NCBI RefSeq assembly: GCF_006345805.1
Contig: NC_043003.1
Coordinates: 57,412,001 to 57,476,000, forward strand
Direction: 5' to 3'
Origin: Octopus sinensis
Lineage: Eukaryota
Length of the DNA: 64,000 bases
Positions 25,371-38,240 of the stretch are shown piece after piece; the first letter of the stretch is position 1; each line of letters opens with the position of its first letter. A program made the position numbers and the translations under genes. The notes beneath the pieces were generated by a model, which searched no databases, had not been told where the DNA came from, and saw only the letters and a program-made list of their open reading frames with translations.

Positions 25371-26054
25371 ACATTATATAATTAGGGCTTAGTAAAATAA
25401 ATTACTTTGCCACATACTGAACTTAGTAGAAATAGCAGCCAAAAAAAAATTTATTAGCATTTCTACTACTTAAAGAAAATTTCTCTCAGATAATGTTTAC
25501 TCCAGACAGCTCACGAAGGTTTGGAGGTAAATACAGAAAAATATCACAAGTACATAGATCGTTTGAGTACGTCAACGTTTCAAGATTAGCCAAATAAAAT
25601 CAGCATTTCTGATTAGCCAAATAAAATCAGCATTGGAGTGGTTCATCTGAAGCGACAAGTTCGCTGATAGGTAAAGTTCCTTCTTTTTAGTGTTTCCAAA
25701 TCCAAATTAAGAATTTTGAGCTGACGAAAGAAATGCTGATTTTATTGGCTAATCTTGAAACGTTGACGTACTCAAACGATGTATTACTTGTGATATTTTT
25801 CTGTATTTACCTCCAAACCTTCGTGAGCTGTCTGGAGTAAACTTATCTGAGAGAAATTTTCTTTAAGTAGTAGAAATGCTAATAAAATTTTTTTTTGGCT
25901 GCTATTTCTACTAAGTTCAGTATGTGGCAAAGTAATTTATTTTACTAAGCCCTAATTATATAATGTAATATTTTGAATTCGCCTTAAATGGTCCTTTTAC
26001 ATACTGAACACTTGGTGAAATTGATTAATTAATTAATTTTACCCTCAATTGTTG
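25371..26054 (+). mobile_element. Fold-back hammerhead-containing element (Penelope-like inverted pLTR arrangement) in (TA)n
   Basis: 25371-25610 is the near-perfect reverse complement of 25729-25966; ~88-nt unpaired 3' tail; homologous to the 1006-2145 unit (ttggctgctatttct..aagttc.gt.tgtgg.aaagt; taaatggtc.tttacatac). Confidence 0.8.
25715..25776 (+). ncRNA. Type I hammerhead ribozyme, intact core
   Basis: UUUGAG-CUGACGA-AAGA..UCUU-GAAA-CGU ug ACG-UA-CUCAAA; 6-bp helix I; predicted cleavage after A25770 (GUA). Confidence 0.88.
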
Positions 26055-26079
26055 ATATATATATATATATATATATATA

Positions 26080-26285
26080 GGCGAAGGTGTGGCCGTGTGG
26101 TAATAAACTTGCTTTCCAACCACATGGCTCCAGGTTCAATCGCACTGCATAGCAACTTGGGCAAGTGTATTCTACGACAGCCGCGGGACTACCAGAGATT
26201 TGTGAGTGGATTTGGTAGACGGAAACTGAAAGAAGCCCGGCGTATATACATGTGTGCAAGCGAGTGTGTGTGTATGTGTGTGTGT

Positions 26286-26326
<41 letters not shown>

Positions 26327-26535
26327 GTTTTCCTCCTACCATCGCTTCACGATCGATATTAGTGCGTTTACGGCCCCGTAATTCAGCAGTTCGGCAAGAG
26401 AGGCCGATAAAATAGGTACTACGCTTACAAAGAATAAGTCCTGGGGTTGATTTGTTCGACTAAAAGTGGTGCTCCAGCATAACCGCAGTCAAATGTCTGA
26501 AAAAAGTAAACTAAAAACTAATAAAAGAATAAAAC
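26080..26535 (+). mobile_element. Full composite SINE family A: tRNA-like head, CORE-like block, internal (GT)n, tail
   Basis: A box tggccgtgtgg, B box ggttcaatc, acttgggcaagtgt similar to the CORE ccttgggcaagt, microsatellite at 26245-26328, tail ending in taaaa repeats. Confidence 0.85.
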
Positions 26536-26583
26536 AATATATATATATATAGTATGTATATAGGTGATATTATATATAGACAA

Positions 26584-26623
<40 letters not shown>

Positions 26624-27595
26624 ATGCACATGTGTATGTACATACATTTGTACTATATACTATATATGTATTATATATATATATATATTATATATATATA
26701 TATATTATATATATATATATATATACATATATATTGTGTTTGTTTTGTATTATATATGTGCCGCCTTCACCGAATTTCCCTCTTTCTCATGTTATCGCCC
26801 TTTATCTTTCTACCTCATTCTCTATATCCTTATATTTCTTTCCTTTTATCATTCAGTTTATTTATCTCCCATACTGATATGGCCAATGCCGTATGTTATA
26901 AAGCATTTTGAATGTAACTAGAAAACTTTATTTAAGGTTTTAAAAAAATCGAATCTGCTTCCGGTTTCGTTAATGCTCTCTTCAAACCACGCTCAAGTTC
27001 CTAATGCCACAGATGCTCGCGTCTATCCTACTTTTCTCACAGCTATCTATCTCTTTTTCTTTTTTTTTTCTTCTCCAATTCTCTGTATGTCACTCATCTT
27101 CCTTGTCCTCTTCTCTCCGCCACTGCCGCTTTTTTCCCCCCAACTCTTCACTAACAGGTTTGAAAAGTTATGTGAACATTTCAACCAAGACTTAGAAACA
27201 AAATGGCGTCAACTTCCTGTGTTATTATCGCTGTTTAAATTTTTCACTCATTTTCATTCATTTGTCTAAATTTACTTGACCTTTGTCTCCTTTTTCATAA
27301 ACTTCCTCCTACTTTCCTCTTTATCTCCACCTTCTAGAAACAGCCAAGAAAGCAACCAAGAACTTTACGAAAATAAAACTAAAATGGAGCTAGCTTCCGG
27401 TGTTATTACTGAAATTCATTAAATAGTAAAGAATCGATTCAAAATGGCTAGGTCATTCATATAGGAGTGAATACTGGATATATATATACGCACATATATG
27501 AATATGTGCGTGTTGTAAGTGTGTCTGAATACATGCATATATGTTTGTGTGTGTTTGTATATGCATGTGTGTATGTATGTATACATATGAATGTG

Positions 27596-27635
<40 letters not shown>

Positions 27636-27864
27636 ATGATGTATGTATGTATGAATGTTTATGCGTGAATAATATGTATACACACACCCAAAATTCGAAT
27701 AAGCATACACACTTGCACGCATGCGCACAATGCATACCCTCGCGCATTTAATTGGATTTCTCTATGCTTTGAGTCAATCACACATGTAGATTGCATCAAT
27801 CATTAGATTTTCAATGTAAATGTTCCTTTCCATATCAGCTACACTTGATAAATAGCATTCTTTT

Positions 27865-28046
27865 CGGCCGAGGGGGCAAGTCGATTAGATCGAAAGCAGA
27901 ATGTAACTGGTACTTAATTTATCGACCCCGAAAGGATGAAAGGCAAAGTCGACCTCGGCGGAATTACAACTCAGAACGTAAAGACAGACGAAATACTGCT
28001 AAGCATTTCGCCTGTCGTGCTAACGTTTCTGCCAGCTCGCCGCCCT
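27865..28046 (-). mobile_element. SINE family B
   Basis: Near-consensus core through gccagctcgccgcc. Confidence 0.8.
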
Positions 28047-28112
28047 TAATAAATAGTAATCTAGCAACTATGTATGTATGTATGTATGTATGTATGTATG
28101 TATGTATGTATG

Positions 28113-28187
<75 letters not shown>

Positions 28188-28294
28188 ATAACTAACTAAC
28201 TAACCAACTATCTATTTCTGTGTCTGTGTCTCTCTGTTTTCCTGGCTAACTAGCTAGTTAAATTGATGGGCAGACAGACGGACAAACGTACCAT

Positions 28295-28362
<68 letters not shown>

Positions 28363-28894
28363 AAGATAGATAGATAGATAGTAGATAGATAAGATACCTA
28401 CATACTTACCATCATAAATATATACATATATACACATATGCATACACCATCATGCATATATACGTACACACATACATAAACACACCTAATACATACATAC
28501 CCTCATACATACTCCCGTACATACACACATACATACGATCATACCTATATACACACATACATACATGCATACATACATACAAACATACGCCCCACACATT
28601 CACACATACATTCATACGCCCACACATTCATACGTACATACATACATACATACATACATACATACATACATACATACATACATACATACATACATACATA
28701 CGTACATACATACATAGCTATATGGAAAACATGGAAGAGTTAGCATGTTTACATGTCAAAACTCAGAAAGATAGGTTGATGGAAGGAGAGGGAGAGAGAA
28801 CGGTAGGTTAAGACAGGGTGAATCGGGGAGAGTGATGGACTGATTTCTTGAATATATTATCTGCCCCTTATGTATATCAACTTTCCAAATATAT

Positions 28895-29088
28895 ATTTCT
28901 TTACTACCCACAAGGGGCTAAACTTTGATGGGACAAAAAAGGACAGACGAAGGGATTAAGTCGATTACATCGACCCCAGTGCGTAACTGGTACTTAATTT
29001 ATCGACTCCGAAAGGATGAAAGGCAAAGTTGACCTTGGCGGAATTTGAACCCAGAACACGTAACGGCAGACGAAATACGGCTACGCAT
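28895..29088 (-). mobile_element. SINE family B
   Basis: ttctttactacccacaaggggctaaac...gaaaggatgaaaggcaaag. Confidence 0.8.
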
Positions 29089-29213
29089 TATATAACATGT
29101 CTAAATGTCTCCCGAAAACTCATTCGACAGCTAGCTAGAGACGGGAGTACACATACACATGTTCAAACGCATCCGTCAATGCCTACACACACACACACAC
29201 ACACAAACACACA

Positions 29214-29278
<65 letters not shown>

Positions 29279-29899
29279 CTTTTATCGACTATTAGACTGT
29301 GGCCATGATGCAGCACACATTCGAATGTTGTAGTTGAGCAAATGAAAATCAATACTTTTTCTTTTGTAAAAATTCTGGTACTAATTTTATTGGTCTCTTG
29401 TTGAAACACTATCTTACGGGGAGGTAATCTTACCAACACCGGCTGTCAAGTGCTGGTGCGTAAAACACAGTTAAACGCTCACACACACAAACACACACAC
29501 ACGCACACACACACACGTCAAATATATTTGTATGCATGTGAAGTAATGAATAAGGATATACATAGACGGAGCATACACACATACTTGTTCACTTCTTCAC
29601 ACACACACACATACACACGTACTCACCCATACACACACACACATACTCGTGAATACACACACGCCCACTCACATACATACATACATATATATATATATTA
29701 TATATATATATATATATACACGCATACATTATTCTCACACATACACACATGCTAACACTACACCCTTTAGCCAGGTCACCGTTGTGTCCCTTACCACCAA
29801 AGCCTCCAACCACATCCTTCCGGTCAATTCAACACGTGGAACCCTTAGTCCAAACAAATGTTTTTTTTTTGTTTTGTTTAGTTTTGTTTTTCTCTCTCG

Positions 29900-30065
29900 C
29901 CACTTTCTTCCTTTCTCCATGTGTTTCTCTTCATTCCTTTCTGCAGAAGAGCATAGGCTGGAAACTTCAAACACTTCTTCCATTTTTCCTCAGCGTCAAA
30001 CCTATACAAACTGTTTATTATTCCTCCTCCTGTCTCTGTCTTTTGTTTTTAGCTTTGGTATCATT
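29900..30065 (+). mobile_element. Degenerate member of the minimal-HHR 3'-end family
   Basis: ctgcagaagagcataggctggaaac...cctcagcgtc aligns with 9364-9432. Confidence 0.45.
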
Positions 30066-30070
30066 TGAAC

Positions 30071-30104
<34 letters not shown>

Positions 30105-30414
30105 CACACACACACACATACATACATACATACATACATGCATACATACATACATACATACATACATACATACATACATACATACATACATACATACATA
30201 CATACATACGTGTGTACGCGCAAAATGGTTATATTAATGATTAAGTTAGCTACTTTATCGTTGATCCAAAATTGCTTCTGGTGTTGTAATCTTCAGATGG
30301 TAAACCAACAAAAAATAGTTTTAACTTACAAGTATGCATACTGTACGACGGATAGGTCACGTGATTATCTTTGATTTATTATTTTTATATTTTATAATAT
30401 TAACCTCATTGTTA

Positions 30415-30715
30415 GCTTCTCTTTTATCGTTTATTTGTTTCAATCAATTGGCTGTAGCCATGCTGGAGCACTGCTCTGAAAGATTTGTAATTACTGTACT
30501 TATTCTATCAATGCCTTTAGCAGAACTGCTAAGCTACACGAGCATAAACAAATCAACAGCGGTTATGAAGCGCTGGAAGTGGTACAAATACAAAGATATA
30601 CTCACAATCATACACACATACACATGTCTGCATACATATACACATACATGCTAACGACATATATACGACGGGCTTCCATACAGATTCCGTCTACCAAATT
30701 CACTGACAAGGAATT
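30415..30715 (-). mobile_element. Composite SINE family A, degenerate
   Basis: gccatgctggagcac...tatatacgacgggcttcc..ttccgtctaccaaatt. Confidence 0.65.
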
Positions 30716-32044
30716 TGTAGTGGATCTTCCATGCATGAAGTGGATTCGATCCACCATAGCTAAATTTAAATTAACACTGCAACAGAACTTTTCCCACGAT
30801 GGAACAATGGTTTTTCTCTGACAGCAGTCTTATATTTTCCAGATGCCTTTAGCTAGGCCGAAATAATGTCTTCACCACTTGACGCTTTCTAACCTCTTCT
30901 ACTTCAACAAAAGATAAAATAGAGATAACAAGACCACCAACTAAATCTATTGTTCTCAACGATATGTTTATCCTTCTGGATAGCTATAAAAGCAAGAACC
31001 CCCAAGCAAACACTAAGTAGTCGCTTGGCGACAACTGAGCGAGGCAGCTCGTGACGCTTCAATTAATTAAGGAACGGACTGCTAGAATCATGCTCACAAG
31101 GAATACCTCTACTAAAGATAATGGTCAGCGAGAGAAATGAAATTTACTGTCAGCAACTGTGAGACAATATCCTACAACTCTCACTAGCTCTAATTCTGTT
31201 CTCTTACAACGTCATTCTATCTCTCTCCGCAATTACTACTAAACAATGAATAGAACCCAAACACAAACTTTACTTCGCATGCTTTTTGATTTATCATATC
31301 CTGCCCGTCGAGGCAAGGTATTGTAACGTAACGGTGAATAAATACTTTCTTGAAACTTCATGCATTGTCCATCTTTCACATCTTACAACTTGCCATCATA
31401 ACAACAAATTTTTATTGTTACAACTGCTGACTCCGTTACAAATTGATCATCTCGGGGCTAGAGTACAGTTGCTCAGGGTGGAGTGCAGTGGGACTGAAAC
31501 CGATACCAAAGGTTTTCTAAACGAGCTTCCTAACTATACAACCTGTCACATTGGTTATTAAAAATAGTTATTTCCAAAGCTACTTGGCGATTTTAGTAAG
31601 GGGATTTGGTAGTTTTGTTTGGCAATCTTAGAAGATTATTATCGGTTTTGAGTACTTGCAACGCAGTAACAACGTTGTAAAAGAAAAATATTTTATAAGC
31701 AGAGCTGCCAGTCTTGATAATATCTATATTCTGGAAGCCGTTCATGGATTTTGTCGTCAAACTGTTAATATTATCGAATTCCAAACACATTAAGAATGTT
31801 ATGTCTTCTACATCGTGTTATATAATCTAGTTATTGTCGACGGCCTTTCTCTTAAATAAAATCGGAAGTGTGAAGAAGAAAAGTCTTGCATGCATGGGCT
31901 TACACACTGTCTTTCTAAATGATCTTGCCGAAACCTGCGCCTACATATGAGAATACATATTCAGCCTTGACATTCTGAGACGCAAAGTCGATTGTTACCT
32001 AGGCAAGCTCAGCGTCTCGTACTACCGCAATAAGCAGCTTCCAC

Positions 32045-32076
<32 letters not shown>

Positions 32077-32137
32077 ATCTATATATATATATAATATATA
32101 TATATATATAATATATATATTTATATATATATATTAT

Positions 32138-32717
32138 GGATATGAGACGTTTTGGCGCAGTCCCTTTGGCGCCGCTGATTTGGTGCTGCTGGTTTCCCGC
32201 CTTTCTCTCTTTTCTCTCCCTCTCTCTCTCTCTTTCTCTTCACTTAATGTGTATGAGGAGTGATAATGGTTATGTCAGTCGTATTCATTTAAATTAGTCA
32301 CTCGCCTTTGCTTTCTCTCTCCCCCTCTCTTTCTATCTATCTATCTATCTATCTCTAACTCATACACAAACATACTCTGTGTGTAAGCATATTTATGTGT
32401 GTGAGAAGAGGGAATTCTGTTCAATTAATAAGTTGTAACGCCTCTCTCTTTCTTTCCCTCTCTCTCAATCTTTCTCTCACTTTCTCTCTCTCAATCTCTC
32501 TCACTATCCATATCTCTCTCTATTTCTCTCCTTCTCTCTCTAATTCTCTCTCTATATATATCTACCTATCTATCTGTATGCATATATTTCTGTGTGTGCG
32601 TGTATGCGTGCGTTTGTCCACAGTTTAAAACTAGACTGTCGCTAAAACAGGCCGAATGCCCGGTGGGCTGTGTGAACGCGCCAGTGTCCAAACAACTGCG
32701 CCCAGTCATCTTATTCC
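32138..32717. mobile_element. Putative TIR element with ~15-bp GC-rich subterminal repeats; partial reverse copy at ~60430-60695
   Basis: ggatatgagacgttttggcgcagt versus actgcgcccagtcatcttattcc; the internal ttgtaacgcctctctc region is shared with 60445-60460 in reverse. Confidence 0.5.
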
Positions 32718-33329
32718 TATATAATATGATATGTGCATGTGTGTGTATGTGTGTGAGGACAAAATATGATCCCCTAAAGAGCTCGTATTTACTAACAAGA
32801 TACCACATAGCCCTTCACCTATCACTCGCCTCAGCCACCACAATTTTACTCCTCGCCGTCAGCTTATCATACCTTCAGCACCAGAAACAACAACAGCGCC
32901 ATATAGCAACATAGTTTCAGGTCTTTAGTACGGAAACCTGCCAGTGACACATGTCGAGTTTTCTGGGTTATCATTGCTACGACCGAACGATCGTCAAGCT
33001 CGAACAAAATCTGCCCACCCGTTCAATCCGGCGGGTGGGTTTAGCAGAACGATTTGACAGTTTCCATAATATAACAGCTTCTCTCTCGACCTTTCACCGT
33101 CGTACACATACAGATACTCACATATACACATGCAGATATACAAATGCACACACGTATAGAAATATAAAATACACGTTTAATCACATACGTAAATACAATA
33201 TAATGCGCGCACACACACACGTATATACACAAATTGCGCCTTTGTCTATCACCCTTCAATTTTATGGGTCAGTAACTCCTTCACGTCTGTGTCGTTCCAC
33301 CCCACCCTCTTTATCGTCATCAAAGGACG

Positions 33330-33750
33330 AGTCGATCGTGGTAGTAATAGTGGTAACGATATCATTGATGGTGGTAGTGTTGCGGGTGGTGGTGGTGCCG
33401 ACGATGGTGGTGGTAATGATGATAACGATGATGATGAGCATCATGATGATGATCATCAGGATGACGATGTTGGACGTGGTGGTTGGGTGAGGTTGGTGAC
33501 ACTAACGTAGCGTTGGTGATGATAGTGGTGGCTGAGGTAGTGCTGGTGATGGTAGTGACGATATTAGTGCAGATGCAGGTAATGGTGGTGGTGGTGGCGA
33601 TCGTGTTGCAGTAGTAGTGATGTAGATGATGGTATTGGTGGTGGAGTTTGTTATTATCGAATTCCTAGTGGCGAGTGCTTTTGATGATGGTAATGATGGT
33701 AGAGTAGGTGATGCTGGCGGTATTCGTGGAATTGATGATGGTACTGTTGT
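33330..33750. repeat. Degenerate (GGT/GAT)n trinucleotide region
   Basis: Low-complexity tract read directly. Confidence 0.85.
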
Positions 33751-33880
33751 TCTAATAGTGTTTGTATAGCTTTTGAAAGACGCCATGTATATATATATAT
33801 AAAGTATATGTGTGTGTGGTTGTGATACATATATATATATATATATATTATATATATAATATATATATATGTATATATAT

Positions 33881-34235
33881 AATACAGTGTACATCTAAAC
33901 ATATAAGAGGTATCCATCATAGGGATCCCTTACGCTAGACGGAACAGCTAAAGTCCAAACCACTAATTTGGGATAAATTAGTCAGAAAAAAGTCAGAAAC
34001 CATGGTCCAGGAAATAGATGGTAAATGTTTATATTTTCCATTCCCTTCGAGATTTTATCCCTAATTAGTGGTTTGGACTTAAGCTGTTCCTTCTAGCGTA
34101 AAGGAGTCTTATGATGGATACCTCTTAATGTGTTTAAATGTACACTGTATTTTATATGAATAATATATAGTCTATAGACTAATTTTTCTATACGCTAGGC
34201 CACTGGTAGTAAAAATTTCTAAAATCTTTATTACC

Positions 34236-34238
<3 letters not shown>
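33881..34238 (+). mobile_element. Fold-back element in (TA)n with HHR 3' half only
   Basis: 33881-33980 is inverted at 34053-34151; GAAA-CCAUGG-UC at 33996-34007; 87-nt tail. Confidence 0.7.
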
Positions 34239-34269
<31 letters not shown>

Positions 34270-34272
<3 letters not shown>

Positions 34273-34490
34273 TCTATTGTAGGCACAAGGCCTGAAACTA
34301 AGGAGGAGGAAAGTCGACTACATCCATCGTAGTCCACAACTGCTACCTTTTTTTCTTTTGTATCGATCTCGAAAGGATGGAAAACAAGGTCGACCTCCCG
34401 ACATTTGAACTCAAATCAGAATGTAATGAAAGACGAAATGCCGCTAAGCATTTTACCCGGCGTGCTAATGATTCTGCCAACTCGCCTTAT
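34270..34490 (-). mobile_element. SINE family B
   Basis: aggcacaaggcctgaaa...gccgctaagcattttacccggcgtgctaatgattctgcc. Confidence 0.7.
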
Positions 34491-35119
34491 GCTTCCCCTG
34501 CCCTAACACGTGACCGGTGTCTATTGAAGGCAGTGTCGTCCTTTTTCGCCCTGCCTGGACTGATCGTGCTGGTCGGTGTTCCAGCTACGTCCTTTAGGAC
34601 TTAAACCATGTCACCCTACGCTACCGCACTTAGTTCGTTTGATAGCTACAAAGCTCATTCTGTTGTATTTGAGGTATTTGTATAATTATTATTTTTTCTT
34701 CTTGTTTTATATAGCTGTAAGGCTTCGCGTTGTTATATATGCATAATTCTTCGCCTGTTGTATTTATATATGCCTTTCTTGTTTCTATCTCAGTATACAT
34801 TCGCTGACTCTTTCCCAGTAGAGTAATAATAGTACTGGCACCACCAAGATTGAGTGGTCTTAATGATAATGGTCCGAAATCACGATGATATTTTGTTCAT
34901 TGACTGACGAGGAAAATTCAGCTGCGAATATTCCGTGTATCGTGTCCTTGTCTATATTACCCGTCTTTTAAGTTTTCGTCTTGTTTCCTGTTTGCTCTGC
35001 TTTCCTATATATATATGTGTGTGTGTGTGTGTTTATGTGTATACATATATATACATATATATATATACATATATACATATATATATATAAACATACATAT
35101 AATTATCAGTATATATGTG

Positions 35120-35177
<58 letters not shown>

Positions 35178-35179
35178 CT

Positions 35180-35345
35180 GATAAAAAGTGACAACAAAAG
35201 TATGAGACCTCAATATTAGGTAAGTAGAGGATTATTTATATATGTAAAATTTGGGACAAACAGTAAGTTGTCATCATAATACTTGGAGCTTCGAAAGTCG
35301 GAGCGAAGAGATACGATGCATTCTTGTCGGCTATGAATGGCAATA
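35180..35345 (-). mobile_element. Penelope-like 3' end with degenerate HHR (~35273-35337)
   Basis: Minus strand: UCAUAG-CCGACAA-GAA..UUC-GAAG-CU cca AG-UA-UUAUGA; helices are retained but the core is mutated; ends in (TA)n. Confidence 0.55.
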
Positions 35346-35569
35346 GATAAACTGTTGAATAAAAATGGAAGTTACTCTAATAGATAGAAAGAAAAACAGA
35401 AAAAAAGAAAAGGCTAAAATATACACGCAACCATAATCTCACAATACATAGACATAAACCCCCTGCGTTCCTAACGTCTACATACGTACACACCCACAGA
35501 AACATACATGTACATGTATGTACTCATACATAGATACATATCCATAAAAAGATCTCTACGAGCAGATCT

Positions 35570-36200
35570 AATCCTGATTCGTCAAAAATACTGATGACGT
35601 ATTACCTCAGTGGGCAAGCTATTGTCACCCTGCTTGGTCGGTTTCCCCACACGATACAGCTATGAGTCAGATCCGATTCTGATTGGTCAAAACATTGATG
35701 ACGTCTCGTTCCGCTGGACTAGCCACCTAACAGGATACAGTCATGGGTCAGATCTAATACACCTTTAGGTCAGACCCGATTCTGATTGGCCAAAACATTG
35801 ATGACGTCTCGTTCTGTTGGACTAGCCACCTAACGGGATGATTGGTCAAAATATGAATGACGTCTCGTTCTGCTGGACGAGCCACCAAACGGGTTGATTG
35901 GTCAAAACATTGATGACGTCCCGTTTTGCTGGACTAGCCACCTAACGGGATGATTGGTCAAAACATTGATGACGTCTCGTTCCGCTGGACTAGCCACCTA
36001 ACAGGATACAGTCATGGATCAGATCTAATTTCGATTCGCCAAAAAAAAGGATGACGTATTTCTCCCGTGGCCAAACCGTCGTTCCGCTTGATCTGTTTCC
36101 TAACAGGATATATTCGTTGAGACTGGGTTTTGATTGGTTTGGAACTATATGACGTCAGTGAAAAGTGCAAGTGAGACAGCTAAGCTGAGCTGATATAAAC
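35570..36200. promoter_or_regulatory. Minisatellite of about 8 CCAAT-box plus CRE-like modules, followed by TATAAA
   Basis: gattggtcaaaacattgatgacgtc repeats in ~56-105-bp units; perfect TGACGTCA at 36150-36157; TATAAA at 36194-36199. The repeat is clear, the regulatory function is inferred. Confidence 0.5.
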
Positions 36201-36319
36201 CTAAACAATCACAAAATTCACCAAAACTATACGAACAGACACCAACCAAAAATCATTACAGTTGCTCCCATTGGAACACAAGGTAAAACCTAAAATGAAC
36301 TCCTCGCTTTTTCAAGAAC

Positions 36320-36506
36320 ATGAATTTTTTATATTTGAGTCTATTGAATGCATGTCACAATTATGTACTACTACATCATACTCTTTAAACATATAGCATG
36401 GACTCGCTTTAATATATATGAATTTTTTATATTAGACTCTATTGAATATATGCCACAATTATGAACTATTACATCATACTCTTTAAACATATAGCATGAA
36501 CTCTCT
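36320..36506. repeat. Tandem duplication, ~98-bp unit
   Basis: tacatcatactctttaaacatatagcatg occurs twice. Confidence 0.85.
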
Positions 36507-36635
36507 TTTTTATATATAATTTTTTTTTTATAAGGTTCGTCATTTCAAGAACCAAAACATGTTAAATAAATAATGTATATATAAAAATTAAAATTTGTCT
36601 AATATAGCAGCATTTTCAAACTTCATTTTTTACAA

Positions 36636-36669
<34 letters not shown>

Positions 36670-36692
36670 ATGTGTGTGTGTCTGTGTGTGTA

Positions 36693-36726
<34 letters not shown>

Positions 36727-36900
36727 AGTCCACGGAACTTCATCCTCATATACACATAGCTGTCTGCATCCATGCTTATATATTTAGACATTTATACTTA
36801 TAAATATAGTGTATATATACAGGCATACTTTCACACTCCCGCAGATACGTATCTACATATATACATGTACAGATATATGTATGTATGTGTGTATAGATAG

Positions 36901-36982
<82 letters not shown>

Positions 36983-36987
36983 GGATG

Positions 36988-37045
<58 letters not shown>

Positions 37046-37334
37046 CATGCACATCTTTCTATTACACACCTACAACCGCAGATATACAAGTATATGCATA
37101 TCCCTACAAAAGAAGGGGACGTGTGCATGAAAGTCGCACATGTGCACCAGACAGTCTTACACTCATATACATACGTATACTCATACACATATATACACAC
37201 GCGCACGCATATACATATAAAATATATACATACCTATACATATACTCACACACGTACGCATTCACACAATTAAAAAGTAAAAATGAAAAATATATGTATA
37301 AAAATAAAAAAATTGAAGACATTCTTTTTTCTTA

Positions 37335-37617
37335 ATCTTTTTTACTTGTTTCAGTCATTTGACTGCAGCCATGCTGGAGCACCGCCTTTAGTCGAGAAAA
37401 TCGAACCCAGGACTTATTCTTTGGAAGCCTAGTACTTATTCTATCGTTGTCTTTTGCCGAACCGATAAGTTATGGGGACATAAACACACCAGCATCCACT
37501 CACAAGGCTTTATTCGGCCCGAGGTTATAGTAGAAGACACTCGCCCGAGGTGCCACGTGGTGGGACTGAACCCGGAACCATGCGGTTCGCAAACAAGCTA
37601 CTTACCACACAGCCGCA
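37335..37617 (-). mobile_element. SINE family A lacking its internal microsatellite
   Basis: The tail joins the head directly at acaccagca|tccactcacaagg. Confidence 0.8.
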
Positions 37618-38240
37618 TGGAAAGTTTGTGCAGGAACATACTAAAAATTCGGATTCTATCCGTGATCATGGAGTGGGGGCCAAAACCGTAACAGGTATTT
37701 TGTCACATGTGGACATGACCCAAAAAGTTCGACGTTAGTGCAACACCCATCACGGCTAAGCCACCTCACTCACGCATAAATACGCGCGCGCGTATATGTA
37801 CACTATTTATTATTATACTCATGTAATCACGAATTTAGGAATATGGGGGTGGAAAATGAACAGACTCACTAATATAACTCGAAACATTATAATGTTTACC
37901 AAGTCTTTATTCACGTTACCAAATTCGCTGTTTGCTCAAGATTTTCCTTCTCGAAACAGGTTTATAAATGTTTACTGCTTTATAACTTATCTGCTAAATC
38001 CCTGATCTTACTTGTCTTTCTAGTTTCACAGATAATTAGCTGGAACCAGTAAAAGGATTTAAAAAGTAAATCGTCAGCTAGTTAGCACTTGTCGGACAGG
38101 TTAGTTCAAACAAATTCAATCAAGGTAAGACATCACACACATTCATTCTAAGTTTGCAGCACTGAGCATAACTCACCGAAAATGGAATATAGAATCTATC
38201 GAAATGTGTTGTGTATGTGTGTGTATATATATATATACAT

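Noticed and set aside
34904-34950. CTGACGA-GGAA..TTCC hammerhead-like start
   Set aside because: No GAAA box and no helix I pairing; at best a deleted remnant.
35570-36160. CRISPR-like array
   Set aside because: The inter-repeat sequence is itself repeated, there are no unique spacers or cas genes, and the context is eukaryotic.
38015-38082. Minus-strand CTGACGA...GAAACTAG
   Set aside because: Helices I and II do not pair and the UH site is missing.
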